A stretch of DNA of 64,000 nucleotides from Naegleria gruberi. Taxonomy: Eukaryota. This document shows positions 1 through 11,703 of the stretch, in pieces; the first letter of the stretch is position 1, and every line of letters starts with the position of its first letter. Both the position numbers and the translations under genes were made by a program. Where the stretch lies: NCBI GenBank assembly GCA_000004985.1, contig GG738850.1; one strand, written 5' to 3'. Under the pieces are notes generated by a model, which was given only the letters and a program-made list of their open reading frames with translations, did no database searches and was not told where the DNA came from.

Positions 1-489
1 GTTGAGAGATTATTCTCTTGGATTCTGATAATTGGATACAGGAGGTTAACAAGGTGATTAAGAGGAGAATGGAAAAAAGTATGCTTGTTGTTAAGGATTT
101 CATTTTTTTATGTATTGTTTCTTCTGGTTTCTTCTGAATTGCTTTTATTCTGAATCAAGTGAAATGAAATCACTGAGTCAAGGCGGCTCAGTCAATAGTG
201 TGATGCGTGAAGTAAACTATCGAGAGGTCGGTTTTCCTTATAAGGTGGTCATATTCCAGCCAACTTCCTGGAAGTCATTTATTCAAAAGCAATTACATCT
301 GACGCAACAAGATTGAGTTTTATTAAAACATGGAAAGTTCAGAGTAATTAATTTAATTTATGTTTTACAATTGTTTTCTTTCAATATTTATTTACAAACT
401 CTCATTATTCGAATGATTCTTCATCAATTTACTCGAAAATGTTTCACGACTCGATACTTGGAAGGATAATGTCTTCTCTCCTTCCCTGA

Positions 490-1434
490 CTATAGTTCAT
501 TTGAGAAAACATATGGCACACCATGCATGATGGTTGGCACTTGTTCCATTTGGCTTGACTGTTGTTGGTGAGGTGTTTGAAAATAGTGGAATGTCGGTGT
601 ATCAGTGAGTCCAAAGATTTCTTCCATAGAGAGTGGAGTCTCAACAGTTGTTGTGGTGGTAGTTGCAGGTGAGCTCGACACGCTTTCAACATGAAAATGT
701 GCAACTGGTGTGTTCATTATAATTGGAGAGTCATTGCTATTCGAATCTTTCATCATTTCAATGAGGAGAGAAAGTTTTTCTTCCAATTCATTCTTCAATC
801 TCATCTGCTTCTCTAATGTTTGTTCGAATTCAAGCTTTATCTGCTTGACTTGCTCAAAGAGATCATCAGAGTTACTTGATGATTCAAGAGAATGTTTGGT
901 TCCACTCTTTGGTTTACATATTTCATCTCTTGTTGCACTTTGGAATGAGTTACTCTCTACCCAACACAAAATTGTGCCATCTTCCTTTTCCACTTTTCTG
1001 CTTCTGTACTTGTTAAACTTTCTTGTGAAATTCAAGGTGTCTAACACAAGATATTTGGTCGAGACAAGTACTCCTAGTCTAAAGTTTGGTTTGGTTGGTT
1101 TCTTCTCGTTTCTCTCAATCTTTCCCAATTGCTCTTCAACATGATAGGAGTATTCTCCACTCTTAACTTTGATTTGCTTGTGTTTCAGCAAGCAAAACAC
1201 TTCAGAGCCGCAATTCAAGTAGAATTGCAAATAGAGATTTTGTTTCTTCTCATTGATTGCTTCATCAACCAAGTATTGACGTAAGTTGACTATTATTGGG
1301 GAAGGAAGCTTTCTTACTCCCTCCTTGATCATGGATTCACTCCTGCCTGCCATTGAACCAATGATATACTTGTAGTTTGATTCAATAGCTTGCTTGAAAC
1401 TAATGCTAATATTATTACTTTCGAATAATTGCAT
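490..1434 (-). CDS. hypothetical protein, 314 aa, central coiled-coil (…QVKQIKLEFEQTLEKQMRLKNELEEKLSLL…) and Thr-rich C-terminus; single exon
   Basis: Uninterrupted ORF starting at a true ATG (1434–1432), with an in-frame TAA 45 nt upstream. Codon usage matches the other genes in the window. I recognised no confident domain. Confidence 0.5.
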   Translation of the reverse strand: MQLFESNNISISFKQAIESNYKYIIGSMAGRSESMIKEGVRKLPSPIIVNLRQYLVDEAINEKKQNLYLQFYLNCGSEVFCLLKHKQIKVKSGEYSYHVEEQLGKIERNEKKPTKPNFRLGVLVSTKYLVLDTLNFTRKFNKYRSRKVEKEDGTILCWVESNSFQSATRDEICKPKSGTKHSLESSSNSDDLFEQVKQIKLEFEQTLEKQMRLKNELEEKLSLLIEMMKDSNSNDSPIIMNTPVAHFHVESVSSSPATTTTTTVETPLSMEEIFGLTDTPTFHYFQTPHQQQSSQMEQVPTIMHGVPYVFSNEL

Positions 1435-2775
1435 CTCCTTTGATTTCTCTCTGTTGTTCTTGCTGTTTTTTTCTAATTAGAAATATTTCATCGGCTAGCT
1501 CTGGGAGCTCTATTATTATATTAAATCAAATAGTAAACAACATTAGATTAGAAGCTACCTAGAGCCAAATGGATAATGAATGGAAAACAAGTGTTATCAC
1601 AGAATCTTCGTTTTGTTATGGCCAAGTACATTGCAACTTCGCCTCTTTTTCTCTTGGCAAAGCTCTCTCCACAGTCAACTGTCATTACTATTTTTGTGTT
1701 CATTGGGAGCAGAACATGTAATTAACAAGAACTTAAAGTACTAAACACGTATTAAAACCATGTTGTTCTGTCCCTGAAAACATGTCCAGAAACCAAGAAG
1801 AGGAAGGGAGTTGGAAGATAGTACTCGGAAAGACCAATTCTTTCATATTTTGATAGAAAATCTACAGTTTTTCAATGATTATTGCTAGCTTATTAAATAT
1901 TCACCTTCTGATTCTTCTTTGTGTATTACATATCGCTTAATCCATCAACCTAAAAGCCTTCTTCTCAATCCTCTCAATTCTTCTTCTACAAACCTCATCA
2001 CGATTATTTTAATATTTTTTTTTTAATAAAAAATAAAAACCACAATTTACGAGGCGCCACTTTTTGCTCTCCAATTCGAGAGGTAATATCATATATTAGA
2101 TCTTATCCATTGTGAAGGCCCATGCAAACTGCAATGTTATTATTGTTCCTAACATTGTGGCTCAATCGAGTTCTTCTTTAGTAATTCCCTCATCCTTATA
2201 ATCTTGTATCTGGCGGCTCGATCCTCTGCTACACTTGAATCGCTTCGAAACAGGTTATACATCTTACGTTTTTTTATGTTGAAGGTTGGGGCAGGAACAA
2301 AACGTGTTAACTTTGCAAGAAATATCAAACACGTTGTGTGATTAACCAGCCGTTACACAACAGAATTTGATTTAAAATTATTTTTATAATTTTTCAAAAT
2401 TAATTAATTTAAAAAAACAAAGCAATATTGGATAATGTCATCATGAAAAGATTAAATATTTAACAGGTAGTCATGCACTCCTTCACAACAACCACCAAGA
2501 TAAAGGATGATACATTGATGAGCCTGACAATTTACTGCACATGATTGTGAATCTCCATTTTGATGGTTTTATTCTTTCTACCATAGCTGAAGATTAGCAC
2601 CTCCTCTTTTATTGGCAGGACCACGAGCACCTCTCTTGTAACCTCTACCATCTTCTGGTATAGACCATGGCGATGTCATCTGACAATTCAGCAAATATTC
2701 CTCCAACAACAATTTGTTTGATAGCGGTTCAAGAAGGTAGATGCACAAGAATAAACTATGAAACATGATTTTTGT

Positions 2776-4930
2776 TTAATGCTCTTTACAGCAGGCATGT
2801 TTGTGGATTATCCAATCTGCCTTTTGACATTCTGTACTGCAATATCTTACATTTTCACACCTGGAACAAATCTTTGTTCCCTTCTTTCTGCAATTTTGAC
2901 AATTGCTGTCAGGGATAAGATCATTATCATTTCTAACAATGGCATCATCCGTTTTCAACTGGTAACTGCACAAATCTTCAGTAAAACCTCCAGACAAGAG
3001 CTGCTTCATTGTGATGGTATGGAATGTAAAGTCAAAGTATGGAGTGGATTGCTGAGAGCACCAATTAATATATGTCTTTAAAGTTTGGACTGTTGCTGAA
3101 TTATTGAGAATTTCAGTATTGGCATACAGAATTGCTTCAATAAATGTGGTAATAGATTGAATTCCATGCCTGTAATACTTCATAATTCCTTTCAAAATAT
3201 TGATGAAGAGTGATATTCCTATTGGACTCCTCTTGAGTACAAGCTTGAATGAAACACCATCAAAGTCATGGAAATATCTCACAACTGATGAGCAATAAAC
3301 AAAAAAGCTCGCCTCTTGTTCTGAATGTTCTTTAGAACTAGAACTCAAATAAAACATGATATCTGTTATGAGCTCGGTAACTTCCTTGCAATATTCCCTA
3401 GTTAAGAATTGGTGGAAACTCTTGTAACAATAACCTCTCAATAAACATTCCATGGCCTTTTGGAGTACATTGATATTTTCCTTTCTGTAATTTTTCAAGA
3501 GTGGTAAAACTTTAGATTGGTAGTGATTGTCCAATTCCATTTGTAATCTGAATGCTCCAGTTTTGTTAATGGTCGAATATGAAACAATTGCAAGTGCATA
3601 CTCTTTAAACTTGGTATATGAAAGAGTTGGATCCATATAAAGTACAGCAGCTCTGATAATTCCATGTCTATATAAATTATGGTGATGAAAAGAAAAGTAC
3701 ATTAATGCTACAATACAGTACAGAGCTGACGGGCATTCTCTTGTTTCAATATTTGCAGCATATCCTTCCAACATTTTCACCAAGTGTGGTATGATAATTT
3801 GCAATTTCTATTAATTAATTCATTATTGGTATAATTGATTATTAGTTCATATGAATTAATTAAATACTTACCACTGTGATGGCATTCAGAAATTGAGCAT
3901 CCTTTTCGATCAAAGGTGTCATCAAATCTGTTAAATTTCTAATAGCAAATTCCTTCATTGTCATGTCAACATCTTTGTTGATGAAAATGTAAGCAAACAT
4001 GTTAAAGAATGGACCAAACTTGTAATTTGGTAAGGTAACAATCTTATCCATATTTCTCATTGATGAAAGAATTGCAAAGATGGCATACAGTCTCATTGAA
4101 AAACTTTTAGATTCCAATAGAGCATAATCTAATATATTGTTTGGAATATTAAGACCCTTAACTGATTCTCCAATATTTCTACAGCCATAAATAGAATTTC
4201 CAAGTAATCTCAATAATTCAGTAACATTATCATCAGATACACTCTCATACAATGCCAAACAGTCCAAAATAATTTTGGTTGGGTGATAATTGTCTCTAAT
4301 CTTTGCAAAAAGATCATTTTCTGCATAAATATTATTCAATATTCTGCATTCTTCCTTGATAGAAACTTCCTTATCGGTACCTGTCAACTTATTCTTGATA
4401 GTATTGAGTAATGCAGTACTATTCTCAACCACTTGTCCTGCTGAATACTTTTTCCATTCCTTCACAAGTGGTTCATCAAATTCTCTTAATCTAGAATCTC
4501 TAGGAGATTCATTTCTAATACCGTCATCCTTCATCTTTCTCTGAGATAGAGCCATCATGCACTGCACCAATAATTCTTGTAATTTTGTCCTTCCTTCTTC
4601 GGAATCAAATTGACAAACTTCCAAAGCAGTCCTACATGTATTTTCCATTTCACTCAATCGATCGTGTTGCAAATGAGCCAAAGCCAATCTCAAATACCCC
4701 TTCCACCATTTTGGTTTTAATTTGGTACACATTTGAGCGTCATCAATTGCTTCCAACTCTCTTCCCAAGCACAAATTAGTAGCCGATCGATTTGAATAAT
4801 ATTCACCCTTCTTCGGATCAGCTGAAATTGCATTAGAATAGTGTAAGAGTGCTTGATCGTAATTTTGTGAGCGGAAGGCCTTGTTGCCCAACTCTTTTTC
4901 TGCCTCTGCTGTTTCCTTATCTCGTACCAT
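2776..4930 (-). CDS. TPR-repeat plus C-terminal MYND zinc-finger protein (about 696 aa); exon 1 3872..4930, 64-nt intron 3808..3871 (GTAAGT…TAG), exon 2 2776..3807
   Basis: N-terminus MVRDKETAEAEKELGNKAF…YSNRS… is a classic Hop/STI1-type TPR. C-terminus CQNCRKKGTKICSRCENVRYCSTECQKADWIIHKHAC is a MYND Cys/His pattern. The true ATG is at 4930; the track start at 4939 is GTG. The splice keeps phase 0 and removes the in-frame stop. Confidence 0.7.
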
Positions 4931-5104
4931 TTTGCACACAATGGGTGTTTTTTGATTTTTGTGATTTTTTTAATTTGTTACAACGTGCTGCAGAAATGCC
5001 TGTTTTGGAAAGTTACAATTTAATAATAGAATAAAAATGTTGCTTACAATGCAATGTATTCATGATGTGTGAAGACCAAGATGGATGGAGCAAGATCGTG
5101 ATAT

Positions 5105-5182
5105 GGCCGTAGCCATCAATTACATGTGTTTCAATTATTGTAGAGTTCCCTTAATATTTTTCACTCGATATTGATGGAGGTA
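5105..5182. repeat. short dispersed repeat, copy A (upstream of the TPR–MYND gene); copy B at 6933..6967 upstream of the DUF4116 gene
   Basis: ggcc(gtagcc)atcaatt + 34-nt insert + atttttcactcgatattgatggaggta (5105–5182) versus ggccatcaattttcactcgatactgatggaggta (6933–6967). About 35 nt match with 1 mismatch. Confidence 0.5.
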
Positions 5183-5669
5183 ATTAGCAAAATATGGAAT
5201 CAAAGTAGAACACTTTACAGGTGTCTTATAGAATGCAATGGGCAACTCATTGGAGAATGAGAAGTGAACTTAATGATGGTTAAGGAATCATCATCCTCAC
5301 TTTTGGAAGCCTCAAATTGATCCTTTGTTACTGCATTTCCTTCCATACACTCGAGTTGAAGGAAGCATCTTTAGCAAAGGCGTTAATAATACAGAAATTG
5401 CTGTTCACTAAGGAATGTAATTCTTGATTCTATGGCAGAGAATGTATTCTCGAATCTCTCTTTAACAATGAAAAACATTAAATCTTCACTCTCATCCACA
5501 TTATCAATAAAAGCCTTAAATTCGGATAAACTTAAAACCTTTCCATCTTGTACTCTCAAACCAATAAATTTCCCTTTAAATATACTCTTTTGGAGCGAAT
5601 GTCTTGATTAAATTCCAAATATCTGCCACAGAGGAGTTCTTTAGTTGTGGAAAGGTGAATGGATGTCTT

Positions 5670-5873
5670 TTAATGGAGTGAACATTCAGTAGGGAAGAAA
5701 TCATTTTCAGATTTATCGTCTTCCATGTAAATCGTATAACATTGCGGTTTATACTGTGCTTGCTGAGTTGGTATTAAGACAATTTCTTGGCTTGCTTCAT
5801 CGATGATTTTTTCAATCATATGAGAGGTTTTGAGTTTTCTCTTTTTTCCGAAGGAATCGCTGGGATTAGACAT
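5670..5873 (-). CDS. exon of an unresolved multi-exon gene (hypothetical); further coding-like exons lie downstream on the minus strand at about 5230–5560 (…FKGKFIGLRVQDGKVLSLSEFKAFIDNVDESEDLMFFIVKERFENTFSAIESRITFL…)
   Basis: Short ORFs with coding-like composition separated by GT…AG-bounded AT-rich segments. I recognised no domain. Confidence 0.25.
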   Translation of the reverse strand: MSNPSDSFGKKRKLKTSHMIEKIIDEASQEIVLIPTQQAQYKPQCYTIYMEDDKSENDFFPTECSLH

Positions 5874-5968
5874 TGGTATTTTTTTAAGGTATGTTGTGAA
5901 CTTGAGGAATTAACACATATGTATATATTCAATAAATTGATTGTTCTCCATCAGGTTCGTTTTCATGA

Positions 5969-6868
5969 TTATATTCCAAAAGTTCTACAATAACTATTGA
6001 TAATATTAAGGCAATTGTTTGCTTCTTTAACCCATGTATTCGGTTCCTCAATTCTGTAAGTAACTATTCGATAAGGAAGAGCTATTTTGGTGGTATAAAT
6101 TGGAATTTCACAATTAATAATTGAGCAAAAATCCAAAATTTGTTGATTTTTCTTCAATTCATCTGGTACATAATCAATAATGTTTGCATCTTGTTTAAGA
6201 GCACTTATAATAAATTCTCTATCATATCTCAATTCATTACTGGCATATTGAAATGCAGATCTATTTTCTTTAATAGCAGCCATCACAATTTCAGAATTAT
6301 TTCTCAATTCATTACTAGCATATTGAAGTGTAGATCCATTGTGTTTGATGGCTGTCAAAACAATTTCAAAATCATTTTCCCATTTTTCAAAGGCATATTG
6401 AAAGTAAGTACTATCTTTTCCAACAATTCTCAATACAAACGATCTATATTGCCACAAATTCAACCATTCAGCCAAACAATTAATTGCATTAATATTCGAA
6501 AAACAAGAGGGAAATAATTCATGTTCCATGAAAGAAGTAATCAAATCCAAATCTCTAACCACATCAATCCGATTCAAATAATTAACCTCATCATTCAAAT
6601 TAAAATCTTTAACCATATCAAACCGCTCAAAATTAGGATACCTATTATTCAAATAATTATCAAGTTGTTGTTTGATCACTTCATAGGTTGATTTTTTCAT
6701 AATCTTTCCTTTTAATAATTCCGAATAATTTAATGGAGTGTCGCCATTGTTTTGATTACCATGAGTAGTAATTATGATTAAATCCGTTAAATGACAATTC
6801 GTTATTGTTGCTGTGTTTTTTTGTTTCTTATCCCAATAGAGTTGACCACAAGAAACTTTTCTCTTCAT
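5969..6868 (-). CDS. DUF4116-repeat protein (about 299 aa)
   Basis: Three to four tandem repeats of about 30 aa of the form …EIVLTAIKHNGSTLQYASNELRNNSEIVMAAIKENRSAFQYASNELRYDREFIISALKQDANIIDYVPDELK…, matching the DUF4116 consensus (xxLxYASxELRxDxExVxxAVKxNGxAL). The true ATG is at 6868; the track start is TTG. Confidence 0.55.
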   Translation of the reverse strand: MKRKVSCGQLYWDKKQKNTATITNCHLTDLIIITTHGNQNNGDTPLNYSELLKGKIMKKSTYEVIKQQLDNYLNNRYPNFERFDMVKDFNLNDEVNYLNRIDVVRDLDLITSFMEHELFPSCFSNINAINCLAEWLNLWQYRSFVLRIVGKDSTYFQYAFEKWENDFEIVLTAIKHNGSTLQYASNELRNNSEIVMAAIKENRSAFQYASNELRYDREFIISALKQDANIIDYVPDELKKNQQILDFCSIINCEIPIYTTKIALPYRIVTYRIEEPNTWVKEANNCLNIINSYCRTFGI

Positions 6869-7653
6869 TTTTTTGTGTTTTATTGGCAAAGAAGAACAAA
6901 TTAGTGAATATATGGGTGGAATGAATGGATTTGGCCATCAATTTTTCACTCGATACTGATGGAGGTAGATTTATACACATTGAACGTGTCATGAAATCTG
7001 TTAAATTTCTAGTAATTTCAGTAACATGTAAAGAAGATTCTGAAAGAATTGGCTTATACACTCGATATTGATAAGAGATAAAGTCACTCTTTCCATATTC
7101 CATGAATTTCTTCTCGTTGAACAATAAACAGTCCAAAAACAGCTCGATGTCAGATGTGGAATACAAATAAGTAAATTTGAAACACCAATTCGTTGGAATG
7201 GACTTTATCAGAACTTTTATAGATAATAATGAAAAACACTTGTGAAATCTACAAATTCATTCTCTTTTATTCTATATAGAATCTTTTTTACTTCCTTTTG
7301 TGCAATATAGCATCTTTCATATTGTTGTATGTTATCAATTCGATATATTAATGATGATGATCATCTAATGTTGTATGTTTTTCATCATCCCGATCATAGT
7401 GATGATTGAAGGCTTACTGTACCATCCATCAGCCATTACCATTATCTACATTGTTTAATTCCATTCAAGAGAAGATCCTTCTTCTCAACAAGTTGTTTAT
7501 TTCATGTTGCTGATTGATGGAACAATTCTTCTTGTTTGTTCTTTTGGATTTCTGGATTGTGATTCGCGCCTTTTTTAGATGGCACGAAAACTACATTTTG
7601 CTTTTGGATCATACAAAAAAAAAGACACAACACACAACACTCTATAGCATAAA

Positions 7654-8352
7654 ATGGACTTGTGGTTCGCTGAAGAAGAAATAGAGAGGGTTGACCAATT
7701 GCTTGAACAATGGGAAGAGGAGATTGGAAATATTGATTACAAGACGATGAGAAGTGAAATGTTGATTGCTTCTTTGAAAAGTGTTGATGATGAAAAGAAT
7801 GAATATATGGAAAGTTGGGAATGCTGTTCTGATTGTTCTGATGATCAATCAAGTGTTTATTCCTATGACTATGAAGAAGAGTGTGATTCACCAATCAGCA
7901 CTCTATCTACAAGCTCTTGTTACAGCTTCTTTGATGAGGAACAAGAGGAAGAAGCCTTCGAACAAAGATTCGAATGTTGCAATTTCGTCGGAGGCTTGCT
8001 TGGTGACTTTGAAGTCATCGAACAAGATGAAGATGAAGAAGAATCAGATGCTGATGACACAGCCTCTGAATGTACCATAATTACCTGTAATAACAATAAT
8101 AATAATGAGGAAGAACCTCAATGTATAACAATCCATCAATTGTACATTAGTGAAATAAAACGAAAAGAACAAGTTTTAGAAACAATCTGTTTAATATTCA
8201 TTTGCTTTATTAAACTGAACATCAAGCTATGTGTTAACATTAGAATGTTGGTATTGAACAATTCCATAAATGTAAAAAATCAAATCGCTCAAAAAGGTGA
8301 TTTTACAACTTTCCAAAACAGGACAGCAGCGCTAAATAATTTTTGGCTATAA
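7654..8352 (+). CDS. hypothetical acidic (D/E-rich) Cys-containing protein, 232 aa
   Basis: ATG-initiated ORF with typical codon usage. I recognised no domain. Confidence 0.4.
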   Translation: MDLWFAEEEIERVDQLLEQWEEEIGNIDYKTMRSEMLIASLKSVDDEKNEYMESWECCSDCSDDQSSVYSYDYEEECDSPISTLSTSSCYSFFDEEQEEEAFEQRFECCNFVGGLLGDFEVIEQDEDEEESDADDTASECTIITCNNNNNNEEEPQCITIHQLYISEIKRKEQVLETICLIFICFIKLNIKLCVNIRMLVLNNSINVKNQIAQKGDFTTFQNRTAALNNFWL

Positions 8353-8395
8353 ATTACATTAAACTAATTGGAATGATAAAAATCATTTTGGTTTG

Positions 8396-9370
8396 TTAAT
8401 CAAAGTCAAAGTCTTCCTCTACATATGTAATTCCATTAACTAGAATACTTCTACAAATGAACTTAATGTATTGTTCAGAATATTGTTCCTTTTCTGGTAG
8501 TTTCTTATTTAGCTCGATGTAATGTTGTTTTTCATATTCAATTTCTCTCCTTCTCTCATTATTACAACCAAAATTAAAGACTTGAGAAAGTATAGTTTCA
8601 TTTTCATCAATATTTTCAAATTCATTCAAGCTCAAGGATTCGTATTGTAACTTGGCATCGACTTTACCTTGTTCAATTAGTTTAGAATAGAGTGTCTTGT
8701 TGTTCCTACTCAAGTATTCAACAATTTTGCTCCTGCATGGTTTAAATATTTCACAGTTGGTTATTGTTTCACTTTCTGAAAATGAATAATGTCCCTTAAA
8801 TGAAAAGACAATAAAGGTTTCGCCATTTTCGAATAGAACCTTATCCACAACCAAAGTGGCATCACTTTCCTTATGTTGGTACCTTTCTCTTGAAACATCA
8901 AGAACTATTCCATCACATCTTTCCAATATTTGCCTTAATCTGACAAATTCTTCTCCTGTTTCACGTTTTACTTGCTCGAGAGGAATAACCCTTTTTCTAA
9001 CTTGTTCAATTGTTGGTGGGGAAGTAGTGGTGATGAGCTTAATTGAAACCTCTTCATTAGTCTTGTTGTTTGCATCATAATGTTGCACCAGTTTAATCCA
9101 CCAACCTTTTTCCATCAACCTGTATTGTTCATTGTCGTAATCATAGAAAATTTCTCTGTGTGAAGATTTTCCAACCAACACAAAGAAGGGTTTGATCTGA
9201 TTGTCGAAATCTTCCTTGCCCATAACAAACGAATATTTAGTTTTCATGTTGGGATCATGTTTTAGAGATCTACCTTGTAACAAATCTCTAGGACAGCCAT
9301 AATAATAAACTTGGTTGGACAAAGGAGATTGATCCATCAATTTCAATAGGTGATCATTAAGCGTCGACAT
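8396..9370 (-). CDS. hypothetical protein, 324 aa
   Basis: ATG-initiated uninterrupted ORF. I recognised no domain. Confidence 0.45.
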   Translation of the reverse strand: MSTLNDHLLKLMDQSPLSNQVYYYGCPRDLLQGRSLKHDPNMKTKYSFVMGKEDFDNQIKPFFVLVGKSSHREIFYDYDNEQYRLMEKGWWIKLVQHYDANNKTNEEVSIKLITTTSPPTIEQVRKRVIPLEQVKRETGEEFVRLRQILERCDGIVLDVSRERYQHKESDATLVVDKVLFENGETFIVFSFKGHYSFSESETITNCEIFKPCRSKIVEYLSRNNKTLYSKLIEQGKVDAKLQYESLSLNEFENIDENETILSQVFNFGCNNERRREIEYEKQHYIELNKKLPEKEQYSEQYIKFICRSILVNGITYVEEDFDFD

Positions 9371-9446
9371 TTTTTTGTGTTGTTTCGGTTATTGGAAAAT
9401 TCACTTCCACCTTGATGTAAAAACTTGTGTATTATTTATTAATGTA

Positions 9447-11703
9447 TTACTTTTTCTGATAGGAAAGAACATTCTTAATATTTTCAATATTACCATCTGT
9501 TATAGTGGATGGTTTAATTTTGAGTAATTCGGCAATTAAGGAGTGAATATGAATATTTTGTATCATTTCATATGCTTTCACACCTCCTCTCTTCAATTTA
9601 GGTCCAATTCCAGTAAAGAAGGCATACATTTCATCGATATCATTTCTATAGCCATGATCACCTCTTTCATTCCACCAAGCTGAAGAATCCAATCCACTAT
9701 AATATCCAGGGTCTGATATGAGTAAAATATCAGGAATTCTTTCATTCTTATTATAATGATATTGGGCTGGAATTTCATCTCGTTTGTAAATGGTACAATT
9801 CAAAGAATATCTCTTGACAGTTTCTTGAAGATCAGTATAGAGTTGATTAATGGTATTCCTTTTCAATACTGCATCAGTACTATTGACGAGTACATTCATA
9901 TCTACCAATGTTCCAACTGTATTACTGGTCACTACTGATTTGAAATCAACTCGATTGGTTGGTTGGGTTTCATTGTAATATTTTTCCAACATGGTTCTAA
10001 TCCAAACAATTCTATCCGCGCTCAAATTAAGCATTCCATGATCTGAAACTATAAGGAAATTAACTCTCGATTTCATTCCAAGTTCATCAATCTTTTTCAT
10101 AATTCCATCAATGAAACCATCAGTAGTTTTGAGAGCATTATAAAATACAGCACTATCATTAGTGGTGCTATCATCAGTGTCTGGGACACCGTAGTAATGA
10201 GCAGCAGAATCAACCCAACTCACATAGTACATGATGAGAGATGGAGCTCCAGGGACCTTATCCCTCTTCATTTTCAAATATTGTTCAATTTTTCCAAGAC
10301 GTCTCTCAAATCCACTTTCCTTAATATAGACAGGTTCGTAAAATGATGGATAAATTCCTTGAATTTTCACGTTACCTCCTGGATAATCATAGGTAGCAGT
10401 TGAAACATTTTGTTTTTCTGCAGTGATCCAAATAGGTTCTCCCTGAGACCACCAGTAAGGATCAGTCAATGTTTGTTTGAACAATTTGTTAGCAAATGGA
10501 GCATTTCTATCATAGAAGCTATTTGAAACAAGTCCATGATTTTCCACATATTGACCTGTTGCAATACTGTAATGATTAGGGAAGGTCTTTGTTGGAAAGC
10601 AAGGTTGCATTCTACCAACGGTCACTCCCTGCTTTCGGAGCGAGGACAAGGCAGGCATGTATTTTGCAAATTTATCCACAAAGTCATATCTGAAGGCGTC
10701 TATGGATACAAGAATAACAATTGGTTCAGGTGATGAATCAATCTATTTTTCACAAACATAATTTCATACATAATTGGAAATTTTTACATCGTTATGAAAT
10801 AAATGCACAGTCCAACAATGAAAGGTTCACAACAATTTTCCAAACATTAAAATCATCAATTATTCATTACATGTTTCATTATCAAATTGAAATACGCCAA
10901 TTATTATTATTTAACAAATTCCTTCTCTCACTAACAAAACTTACCAACAAGATGCACAAAATCAACGTTAAGAAAGCAATAGCTCCCATCAATATGAACA
11001 GCAATGCAAGGGCCACAAACATTGCAAATGGATTACATTGTCTCACTCCCACTATAAAAGTTTGCAACTTTCCTCTCCTCTTATTCTCTTGATGATGATG
11101 ATGGTGCTGCTGACGATGTGAAATACTCGATGAGGAATCATCCTCCTGACTCATCCTTGAGTAACGAGCATCAACAGCATTCGATGAGTCCAAGGCTGTT
11201 CCACCAACCCCCGAATGACTACCCACGAGGTGTAATTCAATGGACATTTTTGAATTCTTTTTTTCTAATGAAGAATTTCCTCTTATTGAGGAAGAAGTAA
11301 ATCTTCTTGAAGATGATGACGGAGTGGAAGTGAATGGAGGACAGGAGGGATTGTATTCTTCAGAGTAGTAATTGGAATTGAGGGAAGTTTGGGGTTTGAG
11401 ACGAAGAGTTGTTGTTGTTGAGGAATTGTGGTTGTTACTTTGAGAATTGTTGCCTCGGAGAGATGATGAGGAAAGATTAATGGTAAATTCATTATCATCA
11501 TTATCCAATATTATTGAATTATCTATTTCATCATTCCCATTAAATTGATGATGAATTAAATTATTATTTTCCAATAATAATTCATCATCATCTTCATCAT
11601 CATGATCACTTAAATTATTAATTATCGGATCGTAATTTACTCTATCGATTGATGATAATTCTCTTCCTCCACTCCTAATGATGGATTGTAAAAAGTTGAT
11701 CAT
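9447..11703 (-). CDS. ectonucleotide pyrophosphatase/phosphodiesterase (ENPP, type I phosphodiesterase/nucleotide pyrophosphatase family), type II membrane topology; exon 1 10945..11703, 202-nt intron 10743..10944 (TTG|GTAAGT … AAAATAG|ATT), exon 2 9447..10742
   Basis: Exon 2 encodes PIVILVSIDAFRYDF…KTFPNHYSIATGQYVENHGLV…SDHGM…, the ENPP/AP-superfamily metal-site motifs. Exon 1 encodes a long low-complexity cytoplasmic tail and one TM helix (FAMFVALALLFILMGAIAFLTLILCILL). The splice is phase 0. The ORF-track start at 10679 is a GTG inside exon 2. Confidence 0.75.

Noticed and set aside
444-1144. ORFs 444..704 (-) and 710..1144 (+) overlapping the 490..1434 gene
   Set aside because: These are shorter, nested within or antisense to a longer ATG-initiated ORF with coherent composition. 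They are likely spurious.
2100-2200. Identification of the 2040–2350 GC-rich island as U1 or U5 snRNA
   Set aside because: The only support is an 11-nt match to the U1 CTTATCCATTG segment and a 10-nt match to the U5 loop UUACUAAAGA on the opposite strand. The invariant 5'-splice-site-pairing sequence, Sm site context and loop closing stems are absent.
9447-10679. ORF-track start codons (for example MDKFAKYMP at 10679, MESSTNQ at 31077, MCKMVRD at 4939, MEMMRT at 56805, MNIIFF at 34509, MLSNSG at 49227)
   Set aside because: The underlying codons are GTG or TTG. In every checked case either an upstream exon or a downstream ATG gives the real start, and the track M is not an initiator.
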